This document shows positions 48,295 to 57,495 of a DNA stretch of 64,000 nucleotides, piece by piece (position 1 is the stretch's first letter; the number at the start of each line of letters is the position of its first letter). Position numbers and translations under genes: made by a program. Source of the stretch: a virus. The DNA lies in the IMG/VR virus record IMGVR_UViG_3300031413_000003, positions 53,816-117,815 of that record; one strand, given 5' to 3'. Below the pieces are notes generated by a model. It made no database searches. It was not told the origin of the DNA and saw only the letters and a program-made list of their open reading frames with translations.

Positions 48295-48719
48295 TTGTTT
48301 AAAGGATACTCCCCCGAACAATAATTGCGTTTAATTAGTTTGTGGTGCGCATAGTTAAAGCGCTTAAGCAAATCACATACTTGTTTGAAGAGGTGCCAGT
48401 TGTCACGATAAGACCACCCTGCATGATCTGCAAAGTAAATAAGAGTCTTACGTACATCTAACCCAGGTGGCATCCCCACGATGTGTCTCGCAGTGAATTC
48501 CACCGTGCTGCAAATCTGGTGTTGTTCGGACAGTTCTCTGATCGGTAGTGACTCTAATACAATCGCCACCGCGATGGTTGGAATGTCTCGTAAGTTCAAA
48601 CCCCTGAGAGCCATGTCATCAGCTACTCTTTTTGTAAAGTCTTTCTCTGCCGGAAAGCTCACACGCATGTTGCGCGCATAATCAATGAATTTAAAACGAA
48701 AAGCGTGCTTAATGCTCAT
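48291..48719 (-). CDS. Hypothetical protein
   Basis: Start at MSIKH after AAGGA. Confidence 0.65.
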   Translation of the reverse strand: MSIKHAFRFKFIDYARNMRVSFPAEKDFTKRVADDMALRGLNLRDIPTIAVAIVLESLPIRELSEQHQICSTVEFTARHIVGMPPGLDVRKTLIYFADHAGWSYRDNWHLFKQVCDLLKRFNYAHHKLIKRNYCSGEYPLNK

Positions 48720-48754
48720 GCACGTAGGTCCTTTTAACACAACAGTTTAATGCG

Positions 48755-49195
48755 TTAGTTAACGACAAAAGAGTTGATTGAGAAATTGTTTTCACTTAGC
48801 CACGAAAGAATGTCAATCTTTTCTATTTTCACGGGTGTGATACGTTTTTGGGTTTTGTATTCATTTTGCAATGAATTCACCGCGTTATCAACCTTTGACC
48901 AATCTTTGTTGAATTTACACGTGTAAAGGTAAACGTTAAACGTTTTTAATTCACCAACTTTATTTTCGAAACCGAGGTCGATAGACTTTTCTTTATAGTG
49001 ACATGCTACTGCACCGAATAGTTTTTCAACACCGCTGAAAAATCCCAATAACAATGCCTGTTCTCTATTGAGGGTGGCGTAGAGAAAAGTATTGTCTTCT
49101 GTTTCATCCCATTCAACTAAGACTTTCGAGAAATCAAACCCAGGTCTGAGTAGCTTGGTGTGATACATCGAGCCATGATACAAAAAAATAGACAT
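48755..49195 (-). CDS. Putative ADP-ribosyltransferase-fold protein
   Basis: LYHGS...LRPG...LYAT...VYLY...NEY..K.ITP pattern. Confidence 0.45.
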   Translation of the reverse strand: MSIFLYHGSMYHTKLLRPGFDFSKVLVEWDETEDNTFLYATLNREQALLLGFFSGVEKLFGAVACHYKEKSIDLGFENKVGELKTFNVYLYTCKFNKDWSKVDNAVNSLQNEYKTQKRITPVKIEKIDILSWLSENNFSINSFVVN

Positions 49196-49259
49196 AGCGA
49201 GTATTCCTAAAAAATTAAGGGAAGAACACTCCCTTAATTTAGTTTACAGTTATTAGTTA

Positions 49260-49778
49260 TTATTTCACGTTATGTGGCATATTCCACAGAGCAATTTCAC
49301 TCTGATCTAAACGTGGCCACCAACGCGGTAATTGCATCGAGAAGCGATACCCTGAAGCTTTAGCGTAATACCAACCTTCATAGTCGATACGACAAATCAC
49401 AAAGACACATTTACGAAGAGTAGACGTCTGGTTCATCGCCTGCAATGCCGTACTCACTACTTGCGTAGCCGCATTACGTGTCAAACGAAGAATACCGCTT
49501 GTTACCGGGACATGAGGACCTAATGGATCTACATGACGGTCCAGCTTGAAACGTAACATTGCCAAGTCTGGATCAAACTGCACAACAGCAATCGTGTTAG
49601 GATTAATACCCTGAGAAATAAAGAAGCTGTTCACAATAGATACCTGACCAGACACGTTAACGGTTAAGTGTGGTAACAGGTATTGCTTGTCACGTGCTTT
49701 TGGTGTCTTGGTGATGTTGTGGAATTTGCCCGCAGTATGACCATAACCCAGTTGCGCACGTTCTGTTTTTGGAAACAT
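49260..49778 (-). CDS. Hypothetical protein
   Basis: 172 aa, GGGGAG RBS. Confidence 0.7.
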   Translation of the reverse strand: MFPKTERAQLGYGHTAGKFHNITKTPKARDKQYLLPHLTVNVSGQVSIVNSFFISQGINPNTIAVVQFDPDLAMLRFKLDRHVDPLGPHVPVTSGILRLTRNAATQVVSTALQAMNQTSTLRKCVFVICRIDYEGWYYAKASGYRFSMQLPRWWPRLDQSEIALWNMPHNVK

Positions 49779-50285
49779 TTACTCCCCCTTGACTGCACGC
49801 ACATAACGAGCGTATTCGGTATCCAGGAAACGATCGAGATCACCATTCACCGGACAGGTCACTTCGACGTTTTCATATTTAGCCAGACGAGTACGAGCAA
49901 CCAGTAACAGTTTCAACACCTGCACCAATGCACGACTCATCCACCGTATACGTTCTTTGCCGGCAGTAATGATAGTGATACGAGAATACTTCCGTGTATA
50001 GTCATCACCCCACATAAACACCGCATTAGCTAGAGTATCATCAGGTAAATGGCCCAACGCCGTTTGTGCACGCTGCTGAGCATACAGTTTGGCGTGTGGG
50101 TCTTCTTCTTGATTCGCCAACCACGTTGCCGGTGGCGTCTGCACACAGAGGAAACCGCGTTCGGTTAACAGATAACGCAGGATAACTTCTTTCTCTTCTG
50201 CGCTCATGTTATCAAGCTGGGTTGCTACTTCATCGGCGCCTTTAGCGGTTAACAGCTTCTCACGGATTTCGTCACTGATGTTCAT
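49779..50285 (-). CDS. Hypothetical protein
   Basis: 168 aa, coupled starts/stops. Confidence 0.75.
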   Translation of the reverse strand: MNISDEIREKLLTAKGADEVATQLDNMSAEEKEVILRYLLTERGFLCVQTPPATWLANQEEDPHAKLYAQQRAQTALGHLPDDTLANAVFMWGDDYTRKYSRITIITAGKERIRWMSRALVQVLKLLLVARTRLAKYENVEVTCPVNGDLDRFLDTEYARYVRAVKGE

Positions 50286-50929
50286 TTTCCACTCCCTATT
50301 GAACGTGCATGAACAGCGGAGCCGTCATACATGTGTAATTGGTAAAGTTCATCTTTTGAAAGGTGTTTGTAAAGAGCATGGTTGAAACGTTGAATCTTCT
50401 CGAGATAAGCTCCATGATCTTTAACGCGATACTGAAAACCAAATTCCCACACCGGGTAGGCATTAAACGGTTTCTTCTCGCCGATAGGAGCACCCTCGTC
50501 ATCGAAAGAAAAGTTCAGCACTTTTGCTTGGAGATAAAAACCATCAAAGCCACTTCGCAACATTAAATCGCTAAGGAACTTCATAAAGGGTTCACTTTCA
50601 CGACCTGCGGCAAAGATGAAATAGAAATCTTCAACAAGTGGTGCACGGAGGTTATCTAAACGGTATTGAAGTTTTTGGGCTTCTTCCAACTTAAGTTTGT
50701 CTACGGCTTTCTTGATTGCTGCTTCAAGTTGGCGAGTTCTTTTAGTGAGGAATTCAACCGGGGTGTGGCCGGAACAACTCCATATGGTTTGCACTCCCTT
50801 GGTTTCCGCTAATAACATTAGGGTAATTTTAATACGTTCGTCCATTCCCTGGTACTGGAGTTGCTCAGCAATAATTTCGTTACGTTTCCGCAGAATATTA
50901 AATTTCTTGTCACTTACGGTATGGAACAT
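50282..50929 (-). CDS. Hypothetical protein with Tyw3-like T..SCSGH motif
   Basis: MDERIK...GVQTIWSCSGH. Confidence 0.6.
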   Translation of the reverse strand: MFHTVSDKKFNILRKRNEIIAEQLQYQGMDERIKITLMLLAETKGVQTIWSCSGHTPVEFLTKRTRQLEAAIKKAVDKLKLEEAQKLQYRLDNLRAPLVEDFYFIFAAGRESEPFMKFLSDLMLRSGFDGFYLQAKVLNFSFDDEGAPIGEKKPFNAYPVWEFGFQYRVKDHGAYLEKIQRFNHALYKHLSKDELYQLHMYDGSAVHARSIGSGK

Positions 50930-50983
50930 GATAACCTCTGATTATTTAATAAAACGTTAAATACTTACTATCGTTTATTTGTA

Positions 50984-51340
50984 TTAACTTTTATCCGAGA
51001 TAGAGGAAATCTTCCCTCCCACCAATTTACCCCGGATAAGCGATTCGCCAATCACTTCCAGCTGATAAACTCCCTTGTACTCGTAGGGATAATCATCCGG
51101 TTTGTTTTTCATCATGGCGCGGATAAAGCGCGCACCAATATCAGGACCGATACGGAAGTTCCCTTTGCCCATCCAACGATCACCTGTGCCGATTGTCATC
51201 TGAAAGCTTAATCCATCTTCACTGGGTTTAAACCCGACAGTCCCGGTGTGTGGGAAACCATTGCGTTTGAGAAAGTTGTAGGGGATATAGACAAAACCAT
51301 TTCCCCGCACAGTTCCATGTATGAAGTTAGCCTTACTCAT
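50984..51340 (-). CDS. Hypothetical protein (possible AbrB/MraZ-like fold)
   Basis: Start reassigned to MSKANF; GTVRGNGFVYIPYNFLKRNG. Confidence 0.6.
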   Translation of the reverse strand: MSKANFIHGTVRGNGFVYIPYNFLKRNGFPHTGTVGFKPSEDGLSFQMTIGTGDRWMGKGNFRIGPDIGARFIRAMMKNKPDDYPYEYKGVYQLEVIGESLIRGKLVGGKISSISDKS

Positions 51341-51548
51341 CTCTGTTGTCCCGCCACTCTTTTTTAGCCATGGTGCGTGCAACCGCTTTGCAGTGTCCCT
51401 TCTTGATAAAGTCTCGCGTCTTGCTAGCGATGAAGAGTGCTTTATCTTCTTTGATCTCACCGCTGCGTGGTGGGACGTGCGCTTGTGCCGCATGTAAAGC
51501 TAGTGCTGTTACCGCAAGTTGATTGGTCAAATGGTGTCTGTCTTTCAT
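51333..51548 (-). CDS. Hypothetical protein
   Basis: 71 aa, AGGA RBS, short overlap with next gene. Confidence 0.6.
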   Translation of the reverse strand: MKDRHHLTNQLAVTALALHAAQAHVPPRSGEIKEDKALFIASKTRDFIKKGHCKAVARTMAKKEWRDNRDE

Positions 51549-51561
51549 CTTTTAAAATCCT

Positions 51562-52017
51562 ATGATACTAAAACAATATGAAGGGGTATTTATCGTGTTG
51601 AATAAGTTCTTGGGGGGATTTTTTAAACGGACACTGGACCCGTTTACTTACCCTGACATGCCAATGCAGTTTTTGGTAAAAGAAGACAAATTCCAGTTCA
51701 CTGAGGATTACGTCACGCCAGAGATAACGATCCCGAAAGGTTTCATTACTGACGGTGCAAGTACTCCACGTTGGTTAAAAGGTCTGTACCCGGGTTACTA
51801 CAAGTATTTCCCGGCCGCAGCGGTGCATGACTATCTTTACGGACAAGGTGCCGTATCACGTAAAGATTGTGACGCGCTTTTACGAGACATCATTCGCACA
51901 CGCCTTAACATGAGCTGGCGTTACTGGTTCGTAATGTGGGTGGCTGTTCGTGCAGGTGGAACGTCTCACTATTCTAAACGCGTTATCGAAGGTAATACAG
52001 TAGAACCAGTGAAATAA
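51562..52017 (+). CDS. DUF1353-family protein
   Basis: IPKGFITDGASTPR...AAAVHDYLY...SRKDCDALL...WVAVRAGG; true start may be ~51595. Confidence 0.85.
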   Translation: MILKQYEGVFIVLNKFLGGFFKRTLDPFTYPDMPMQFLVKEDKFQFTEDYVTPEITIPKGFITDGASTPRWLKGLYPGYYKYFPAAAVHDYLYGQGAVSRKDCDALLRDIIRTRLNMSWRYWFVMWVAVRAGGTSHYSKRVIEGNTVEPVK

Positions 52018-52028
52018 GGATACTTTAA

Positions 52029-52619
52029 ATGGCTGATGAAATTGACCACATTGTTGAAACACCCGGCACTTATCCTGAAACAATCACTCTGATTAAAGAG
52101 AGTGATCCTGTGAAAGGAGGAGTGGAAGGTATAGCCAATAAACAGGGAACTGAGTTGGCAAACCGGACGGGTTATTTGTATGTCGCACTGATGCAAATAA
52201 TGAAGATCGTTTCACACTATATGCCGCAAGGTATAAGTGCCGATCTTAATTTCCCGGGTGCTTTCTTAGGATTAACTATCCAAGAACTTAACCTGCAAGT
52301 AAATGCGGAAAGCGTGTCAGGGACCACCGTCAACGTTTCTCTTTCCTCGCTATCTGGGGTATTAGAGGATGTAGATGTCCGGGTCATGGGAAATTTTGGT
52401 GATGATAACACCGGGTTTGCCAAAGTGTTAAACGGTCAGACGGTGACCAATGAAAAACTATTTTTGTTTGATGCCGTAGAGATTTCCAAGCTACCGTTTA
52501 TTAAAGTGGTTATCACTTATCAAACGAAGTGGTGGGAATTTGTGGTCAACGTCAGTCACACTAACGGCGATAAAACGTACTGCACGTTAGAGCCTAAATC
52601 AATGCCAACCATTACATAA
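52029..52619 (+). CDS. Short tail-fibre-like protein
   Basis: SDPVKGGVEGIANKQGTELANRTGYL anchor shared with 29746/32223. Confidence 0.65.
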   Translation: MADEIDHIVETPGTYPETITLIKESDPVKGGVEGIANKQGTELANRTGYLYVALMQIMKIVSHYMPQGISADLNFPGAFLGLTIQELNLQVNAESVSGTTVNVSLSSLSGVLEDVDVRVMGNFGDDNTGFAKVLNGQTVTNEKLFLFDAVEISKLPFIKVVITYQTKWWEFVVNVSHTNGDKTYCTLEPKSMPTIT

Positions 52620-52633
52620 AGAGGAGACGCATT

Positions 52634-53248
52634 TTGTCTGGCGACGACAATATCATTGTTGAAGCAGAAGTGGGACAAGAACTTTATCCTGAGTCTGTTA
52701 AACAGATTGCGATTTCCGACGCAGTTAAAGGCGGCCCGGACGGTGCCTGTAACTTGCAAGCGAAGCAATTAGCACTACGCACACAGTTCTTGAAAGCCAA
52801 AGCAGATGCAGACGGTAAACGCATCGACGAGGTTGAAAGGCAACTGGAATGGTTTACTCCTCGGGCACAGATCATGGACATGAGTGCAACAGGCACGCTA
52901 TTCCAGTTTAGTATCCCGGAGATCAATTTCTGCGTAACACTGAACAAGACCAGCACTTCTAACATTAGTTTGGGTGTTTCCAGTATAACGGATACGGTTA
53001 CTGCTGATATCAAGAAACTGGCTTTCTATGACAACGGGATTGACAATGCAGCGTTTGATGGATTGTCACTCACTACCGATGTTAAAGTTATTGACGGTAC
53101 CATTTACCTGGCCACGCGCGATAACCCGCAACTGGAAGTCTGGGTCGGTACACAATGTTGGAAGGTCAACGTCATGATATCGGGTAGCAGTGCGGAACGT
53201 GTTCGCATCTTTGCTTTTCCTATCACAGGAATTCCTGCAACAGCATAA
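52634..53248 (+). CDS. Short tail-fibre-like protein, tandem paralog of 52029
   Basis: SDAVKGGPDGACNLQAKQLALRTQFLK; TTG start with GAGGAG RBS. Confidence 0.65.
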   Translation: MSGDDNIIVEAEVGQELYPESVKQIAISDAVKGGPDGACNLQAKQLALRTQFLKAKADADGKRIDEVERQLEWFTPRAQIMDMSATGTLFQFSIPEINFCVTLNKTSTSNISLGVSSITDTVTADIKKLAFYDNGIDNAAFDGLSLTTDVKVIDGTIYLATRDNPQLEVWVGTQCWKVNVMISGSSAERVRIFAFPITGIPATA

Positions 53249-53254
53249 AAAAAT

Positions 53255-53287
53255 AATACTACATCGGGTTTTCCCCGATGTAGTATT
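53255..53287. terminator. Bidirectional terminator
   Basis: AATACTACATCGGG-TTTTC-CCCGATGTAGTATT between convergent genes. Confidence 0.85.
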
Positions 53288-53296
53288 TATGTCACC

Positions 53297-53674
53297 TTAA
53301 TGCGTTTCTACTGCATCAGTGGGTCGCTCTACTTGATCATTACCGTCTGGACTATCGCGGGTAATAATCAATGGTAGCCATGCGCCGGTTTTGGTTTTAT
53401 ACAGACACTGGTTCAACATCCAGTCTTGCTTAGTGACGGTATTGTACGAGAACTGATAATAACGACACACAGTAGTGCGCCACAACGGCTTTACCAACAC
53501 CATTGTAATCACCAGCAGACCTACCCCCCAACCAATGAGCACGACCTTACGACGATCTCCAAACCATTCCAGCGCGTCTGACAACAGTGGGTCTTTACGA
53601 CTCTTAAAACCAAAGTACCACCCGTAGCCATAGACGAGGGTGAATACCACTAACGCTAAATAATAGAACTCCAT
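53297..53674 (-). CDS. Two-TM membrane protein
   Basis: Two hydrophobic segments, periplasmic-type Cys pair. Confidence 0.7.
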   Translation of the reverse strand: MEFYYLALVVFTLVYGYGWYFGFKSRKDPLLSDALEWFGDRRKVVLIGWGVGLLVITMVLVKPLWRTTVCRYYQFSYNTVTKQDWMLNQCLYKTKTGAWLPLIITRDSPDGNDQVERPTDAVETH

Positions 53675-54255
53675 TACCCTACCTTATTTTCCACTAACTT
53701 CTTTTCAATCCCGCGTTTAACAATATCACGGATTGACTGATTGCCGACAACCGCAGTGTTGTACTCGATGTAAACCGTTTGGCCCTGATGTTCAACTTCG
53801 ATCACCAGGTGGGTTTTATAACGAGGTGCAACCAATGCAGAATGGATACGGTAAACAAATACCGGGGATTCGTTTTCGCCGCATGGACAATAAATACCGT
53901 CTTCACGTCGAGCAAACGCACCTAAGCCAGAACACACCAACAACCAAATGTCATCTTCGATGTCTTTGTCGTTAATGAAGGTCGGGGGTATTGTGGTGAG
54001 TAGTACACTCTCCTTTTGCTTATACCGTTTACTGATCTCATCGATAATATTGCGCAACACATAATCGTCGAGGGATTCAGCAATATCAGTACTGGTTCGA
54101 GGGAGATCACGAATAAACTTACGGATCTGGTTCTTGGCGGTTGCCACGTTTGATCTGATACCGGATTGCGCCCACAGCTGTACTACCGCCACCGGTATTT
54201 CAAACCGATGACTAAAGGTTCTGAACTTAATCGTGAACACGGCTTTATATCGCAT
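53674..54255 (-). CDS. Hypothetical protein
   Basis: 193 aa, coupled. Confidence 0.7.
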   Translation of the reverse strand: MRYKAVFTIKFRTFSHRFEIPVAVVQLWAQSGIRSNVATAKNQIRKFIRDLPRTSTDIAESLDDYVLRNIIDEISKRYKQKESVLLTTIPPTFINDKDIEDDIWLLVCSGLGAFARREDGIYCPCGENESPVFVYRIHSALVAPRYKTHLVIEVEHQGQTVYIEYNTAVVGNQSIRDIVKRGIEKKLVENKVG

Positions 54256-54257
54256 GA

Positions 54258-54887
54258 TTATTCCTTTTTGACCATCTTAGTGGTTAAGGCGTTTCGGTTA
54301 GAGATAGAGAACTTATCTTTCCCAAGTGACATCAAGGTTTTCTCTTCGGTGATAGCAACAACGTGAGGCTGAATCTTTTCCAAGTCCTGAGTGATCTTCA
54401 GGAAGCTTTCGCTGAGCTGATCCTCTACCGATGCGATATTAAGGTCTTCGCCGTGGGTCATGTAGTAACCGTAGAATGCCAGCGTGTCTTCGTTATACGC
54501 GTCGTTGGTTTTGAACAGCGCTTCCCGCATCTCTTTCAGCAGGAATTCGCCGTCGCGACCCATAATGCCCAGGGTGGCGTCTTGGATCACCAGAGAGGTA
54601 GGGATAACCTCGATGCCTTCTTCTGTTTTGAAGTAGTGCATGGCGACCATGGTCCACGGACGTTTATGAATGCATAACCAATCGAAAGCGTAGTCTTGCG
54701 CAATGCGGAGATCGCTCCCTTTAAGGTGTTGCGATAACTCAGCAAAGTGGAATGCGGTGGGGAGGTGGTTCATATCACCAATCACATGGAACTTGCCCAG
54801 GACAACGCGCAGGACACTGATGATGTGAGCAGCAATACGTTTAGATTGGGGTTTGACAGCTTTACGGGGTTTCTTGTTACCAGCCAT
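54258..54887 (-). CDS. Hypothetical protein (basic N-terminus MAGNKKPRK)
   Basis: 209 aa, AAGGA RBS. Confidence 0.8.
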   Translation of the reverse strand: MAGNKKPRKAVKPQSKRIAAHIISVLRVVLGKFHVIGDMNHLPTAFHFAELSQHLKGSDLRIAQDYAFDWLCIHKRPWTMVAMHYFKTEEGIEVIPTSLVIQDATLGIMGRDGEFLLKEMREALFKTNDAYNEDTLAFYGYYMTHGEDLNIASVEDQLSESFLKITQDLEKIQPHVVAITEEKTLMSLGKDKFSISNRNALTTKMVKKE

Positions 54888-54922
54888 TATAATAATCCTT
54901 ATGTGGAATAGACATACATAAA

Positions 54923-54952
54923 TAACTAACTAGGAAATTCCCTAGTTAGTTA
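54923..54952 (-). terminator. Hairpin terminator
   Basis: TAACTAACTAGG-AAATTC-CCTAGTTAGTTA. Confidence 0.7.
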
Positions 54953-54956
54953 AAAG

Positions 54957-55187
54957 TTATGCGGAATAAATGTGTTTATCGAGCACAGGCTCAATGATGT
55001 GACGCAGGCAGTTTTCCACCGTGCGGTAATTCAAAGAATGCTTTTTACAGTGCTCATCCAACGCCTGATACAACTGCTGTGTATCAATCAGTGCATCGAG
55101 TTTGTCTTTGTGTGCTTCAAAGAACTCAGCGATATACTGCGCAGGATTATTGCGGATGCTTGTCATACGAATAGCGTCAAGCATCAA
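54957..55187 (-). CDS. Hypothetical protein
   Basis: 76 aa. Confidence 0.65.
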   Translation of the reverse strand: MMLDAIRMTSIRNNPAQYIAEFFEAHKDKLDALIDTQQLYQALDEHCKKHSLNYRTVENCLRHIIEPVLDKHIYSA

Positions 55188-55518
55188 CGGGTTCCTTCGC
55201 GGCTTTCTCTGCTTCTACCTTGGCCTTGTCCTTCAACACTTCTTGTATAAAGAGGTTGAACTGGGCGCGGTTATTAACCTTGGCCGGACGGGTGTACAGA
55301 ACGTTGTCAGCTTTATCAATGACAAGCACGGCAATTACCGCAGGCAGATTTGCATCCAGGTGAGAAGCACGAGTAATGCGCTGCACGCCTTCAACACGGA
55401 TCGGGTTAGTAGAACTAACAAACTTGCCTTCCTCCGTCACAAACACTACGTGTGTGATAGGGTCCTGAATGCACGGCAGCTTATGGTGCTCTTTCTTACG
55501 GTATTTTAAAGTATTCAT
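55177..55518 (-). CDS. Hypothetical protein
   Basis: 113 aa. Confidence 0.7.
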   Translation of the reverse strand: MNTLKYRKKEHHKLPCIQDPITHVVFVTEEGKFVSSTNPIRVEGVQRITRASHLDANLPAVIAVLVIDKADNVLYTRPAKVNNRAQFNLFIQEVLKDKAKVEAEKAAKEPVDA

Positions 55519-55559
55519 GACTGAGTCTCTTATTGGTGATCACAACATAACATGGTGGA

Positions 55560-55985
55560 TTAACCCGCCATGATTCTGAACGTGATATAACCAAAAATAA
55601 ATAAGCCACCCAGTACTACGCAAGCCACTGTCATGGCGATGGAATTTATTCTTTCCTTGCGTTTCCTGGCTTCTTCGCGAAGCTGGAACTTAACCACTGT
55701 TTCATCGAGTGATGTCAACAGCGCCTGAGAACGATCACACAGTTTTTCAATGCGGTTGATTTCTTCCATCAACTCATTGGCCGTCGGGAGCATGTTTCGG
55801 CGGTTGTTTAAACAGGTAGCGAAATCATCAAGAACTGCCTGCTGATCATCGATCAGGCAAGAAACTTTGTGGATATAAGTCCACGCATCAATCAAGCCTT
55901 TGACCTTGTTGGCGAACTGTTCAGAGATTTCAGTGAAAACTGAATCGCACTCTTGCAATTTTCTTTCAGGTGTAAACAGTGGCAT
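55560..55985 (-). CDS. Helical protein with C-terminal TM anchor
   Basis: Start at MPLFTP (GAGG RBS); C-terminal IAMTVACVVLGGLFIFGYI. Confidence 0.7.
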   Translation of the reverse strand: MPLFTPERKLQECDSVFTEISEQFANKVKGLIDAWTYIHKVSCLIDDQQAVLDDFATCLNNRRNMLPTANELMEEINRIEKLCDRSQALLTSLDETVVKFQLREEARKRKERINSIAMTVACVVLGGLFIFGYITFRIMAG

Positions 55986-55987
55986 AA

Positions 55988-56446
55988 CTACCTCGTAAAC
56001 AAATAGACGAAGAAACCGATCACACTCATGAATGCAATAAGTCCCAAACACGCATTAGAGAAAGTCCGCAACGTCTGGGTTTCAGCCTTCGATCTCACTT
56101 GATGCAACGAACGAAGTTTGGTGGACTCTATTTGCAGTTCACCGCGCAATTGAATAATGCTATCAACAGAAGCTGTAACCAGAGACATCATACGACGGTC
56201 GAGTTCGCTACGGTCGGCAGTGTCTTTTGCAGTGTCGTACGCGCGGCGTGCGATTGAAACTGTCTTCAAATGCTCACTGGCGGGATCCACATATTTAAGA
56301 ACATTCGGCACGATGGGTCGTTTCAAGTTACCGCAGTAATTGCTAAACTCGGTAGCCTCTGTTGCTAGCAAGTTAGACTGCTCGAAGAACATCTTCAGTG
56401 CAGTTCGTATTTCTATATTTTCAATGTCAGATGTCGTTTCGCTCAT
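55988..56446 (-). CDS. Helical protein with C-terminal TM anchor
   Basis: C-terminal ACLGLIAFMSVIGFFVYLF. Confidence 0.7.
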   Translation of the reverse strand: MSETTSDIENIEIRTALKMFFEQSNLLATEATEFSNYCGNLKRPIVPNVLKYVDPASEHLKTVSIARRAYDTAKDTADRSELDRRMMSLVTASVDSIIQLRGELQIESTKLRSLHQVRSKAETQTLRTFSNACLGLIAFMSVIGFFVYLFTR

Positions 56447-56567
56447 TAAGCACCTCAGACTGCTTGATTATAAAAAATAGTTTCTTAACCCAAATAAAAA
56501 CTTCAGCAATTAAACCAATACCCAAAAGAACTGCAAATAACCATAATAATTTTTGTTCACCTGACAT
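56427..56567 (-). CDS. Small membrane protein (46 aa)
   Basis: Own translation MSGEQKLLWLFAVLLGIGLIAEVFIWVKKLFFIIKQSEVLNERNDI*. Confidence 0.55.
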   Translation of the reverse strand: MSGEQKLLWLFAVLLGIGLIAEVFIWVKKLFFIIKQSEVLNERNDI

Positions 56568-56582
56568 CGACTGCCTGTTCTC

Positions 56583-57038
56583 CTACTTTGTGAAGTCCAA
56601 CCTGAAATAGTGGACGTTTTCAATAACAAGTCTGCCTCGATCTGAAGCATCGGGCACAAACTTACCGTCTCCAACCAGCGTAGAGATGACAGGAAAACCA
56701 TCTTTTATCATCTGGTTGAAGATCTTTTTCTTCGGCCCGCCCGCCATCAATAAACCGTAAATCACATCACCTTGCACCTTGGTTTTAATCACGGTTGCGC
56801 AGCGATTGGTTAATGTGGAATGGTTGGACAAAGAAGGGGACGTTACAATCGGAATAAGGCCAGCGGCAATTAATCGATTGATATGCGTGTGCGTAATAAT
56901 GTGGAGATCTACTGCAACCAGGTCAACCAGGGGGACCCAGTGCAATAGTTTCCCGTTGTGTAACGCCCAGGTAAGATCACCTTTGATTTGGGTATTCATT
57001 AATCCCCCACGGGCTTTTTCAATCTTCTTCGTTTTCAT
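56583..57038 (-). CDS. Hypothetical protein, degenerate prohead-protease-like
   Basis: GDVIYGLLMAGGP..KIFNQMIKDGFPVISTLVGDG resembles the T4 gp21-type core. Confidence 0.5.
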   Translation of the reverse strand: MKTKKIEKARGGLMNTQIKGDLTWALHNGKLLHWVPLVDLVAVDLHIITHTHINRLIAAGLIPIVTSPSLSNHSTLTNRCATVIKTKVQGDVIYGLLMAGGPKKKIFNQMIKDGFPVISTLVGDGKFVPDASDRGRLVIENVHYFRLDFTK

Positions 57039-57495
57039 CGGTTAGTTTATAGTTCACGTCGCTTTCCTTGTAACCACGAGCTTGTTTAGCAATGGCCTGC
57101 CGCTCAAAAATACGATAGCGCAAGCCGGCATTAATCGCCTCGGGGCGTTGCAGGAACTGAGCAATCGTGATGTTGTGTTTCTTTAAATCCGCTTCGATCA
57201 TTGCGGCAAAAGATTTATCCCAATCATTACCGTCATTGAAGAACAGTGTTTTGTTGGTTGGGAGTTTAACAAACCCATTTAGTTTGCCGAATTCACTCCG
57301 GACGTAAAAGGGAATGTTGTTTTTGCCTATGCAAACAAACTGCATTTTACCTTCACCATTATCACCTTGAAAGATGAAGCCGTGTGCAATTTGCTTTTTG
57401 TATTGAACAACACTTTCGTTAAAGTCGTGATAGTAAACTGAATGAGGTTTCAGAATATCCATCGAGACAATATGGTCATTGTCTAATATAATCAT
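57019..57495 (-). CDS. Hypothetical protein
   Basis: 158 aa. Confidence 0.7.
   Translation of the reverse strand: MIILDNDHIVSMDILKPHSVYYHDFNESVVQYKKQIAHGFIFQGDNGEGKMQFVCIGKNNIPFYVRSEFGKLNGFVKLPTNKTLFFNDGNDWDKSFAAMIEADLKKHNITIAQFLQRPEAINAGLRYRIFERQAIAKQARGYKESDVNYKLTDENEED

Noticed and set aside
51341-51493. N-terminal extension of ORF 50984..51493
   Set aside because: Overlaps the better-supported 51333..51548 gene; MSKANF at 51340 is the likelier start
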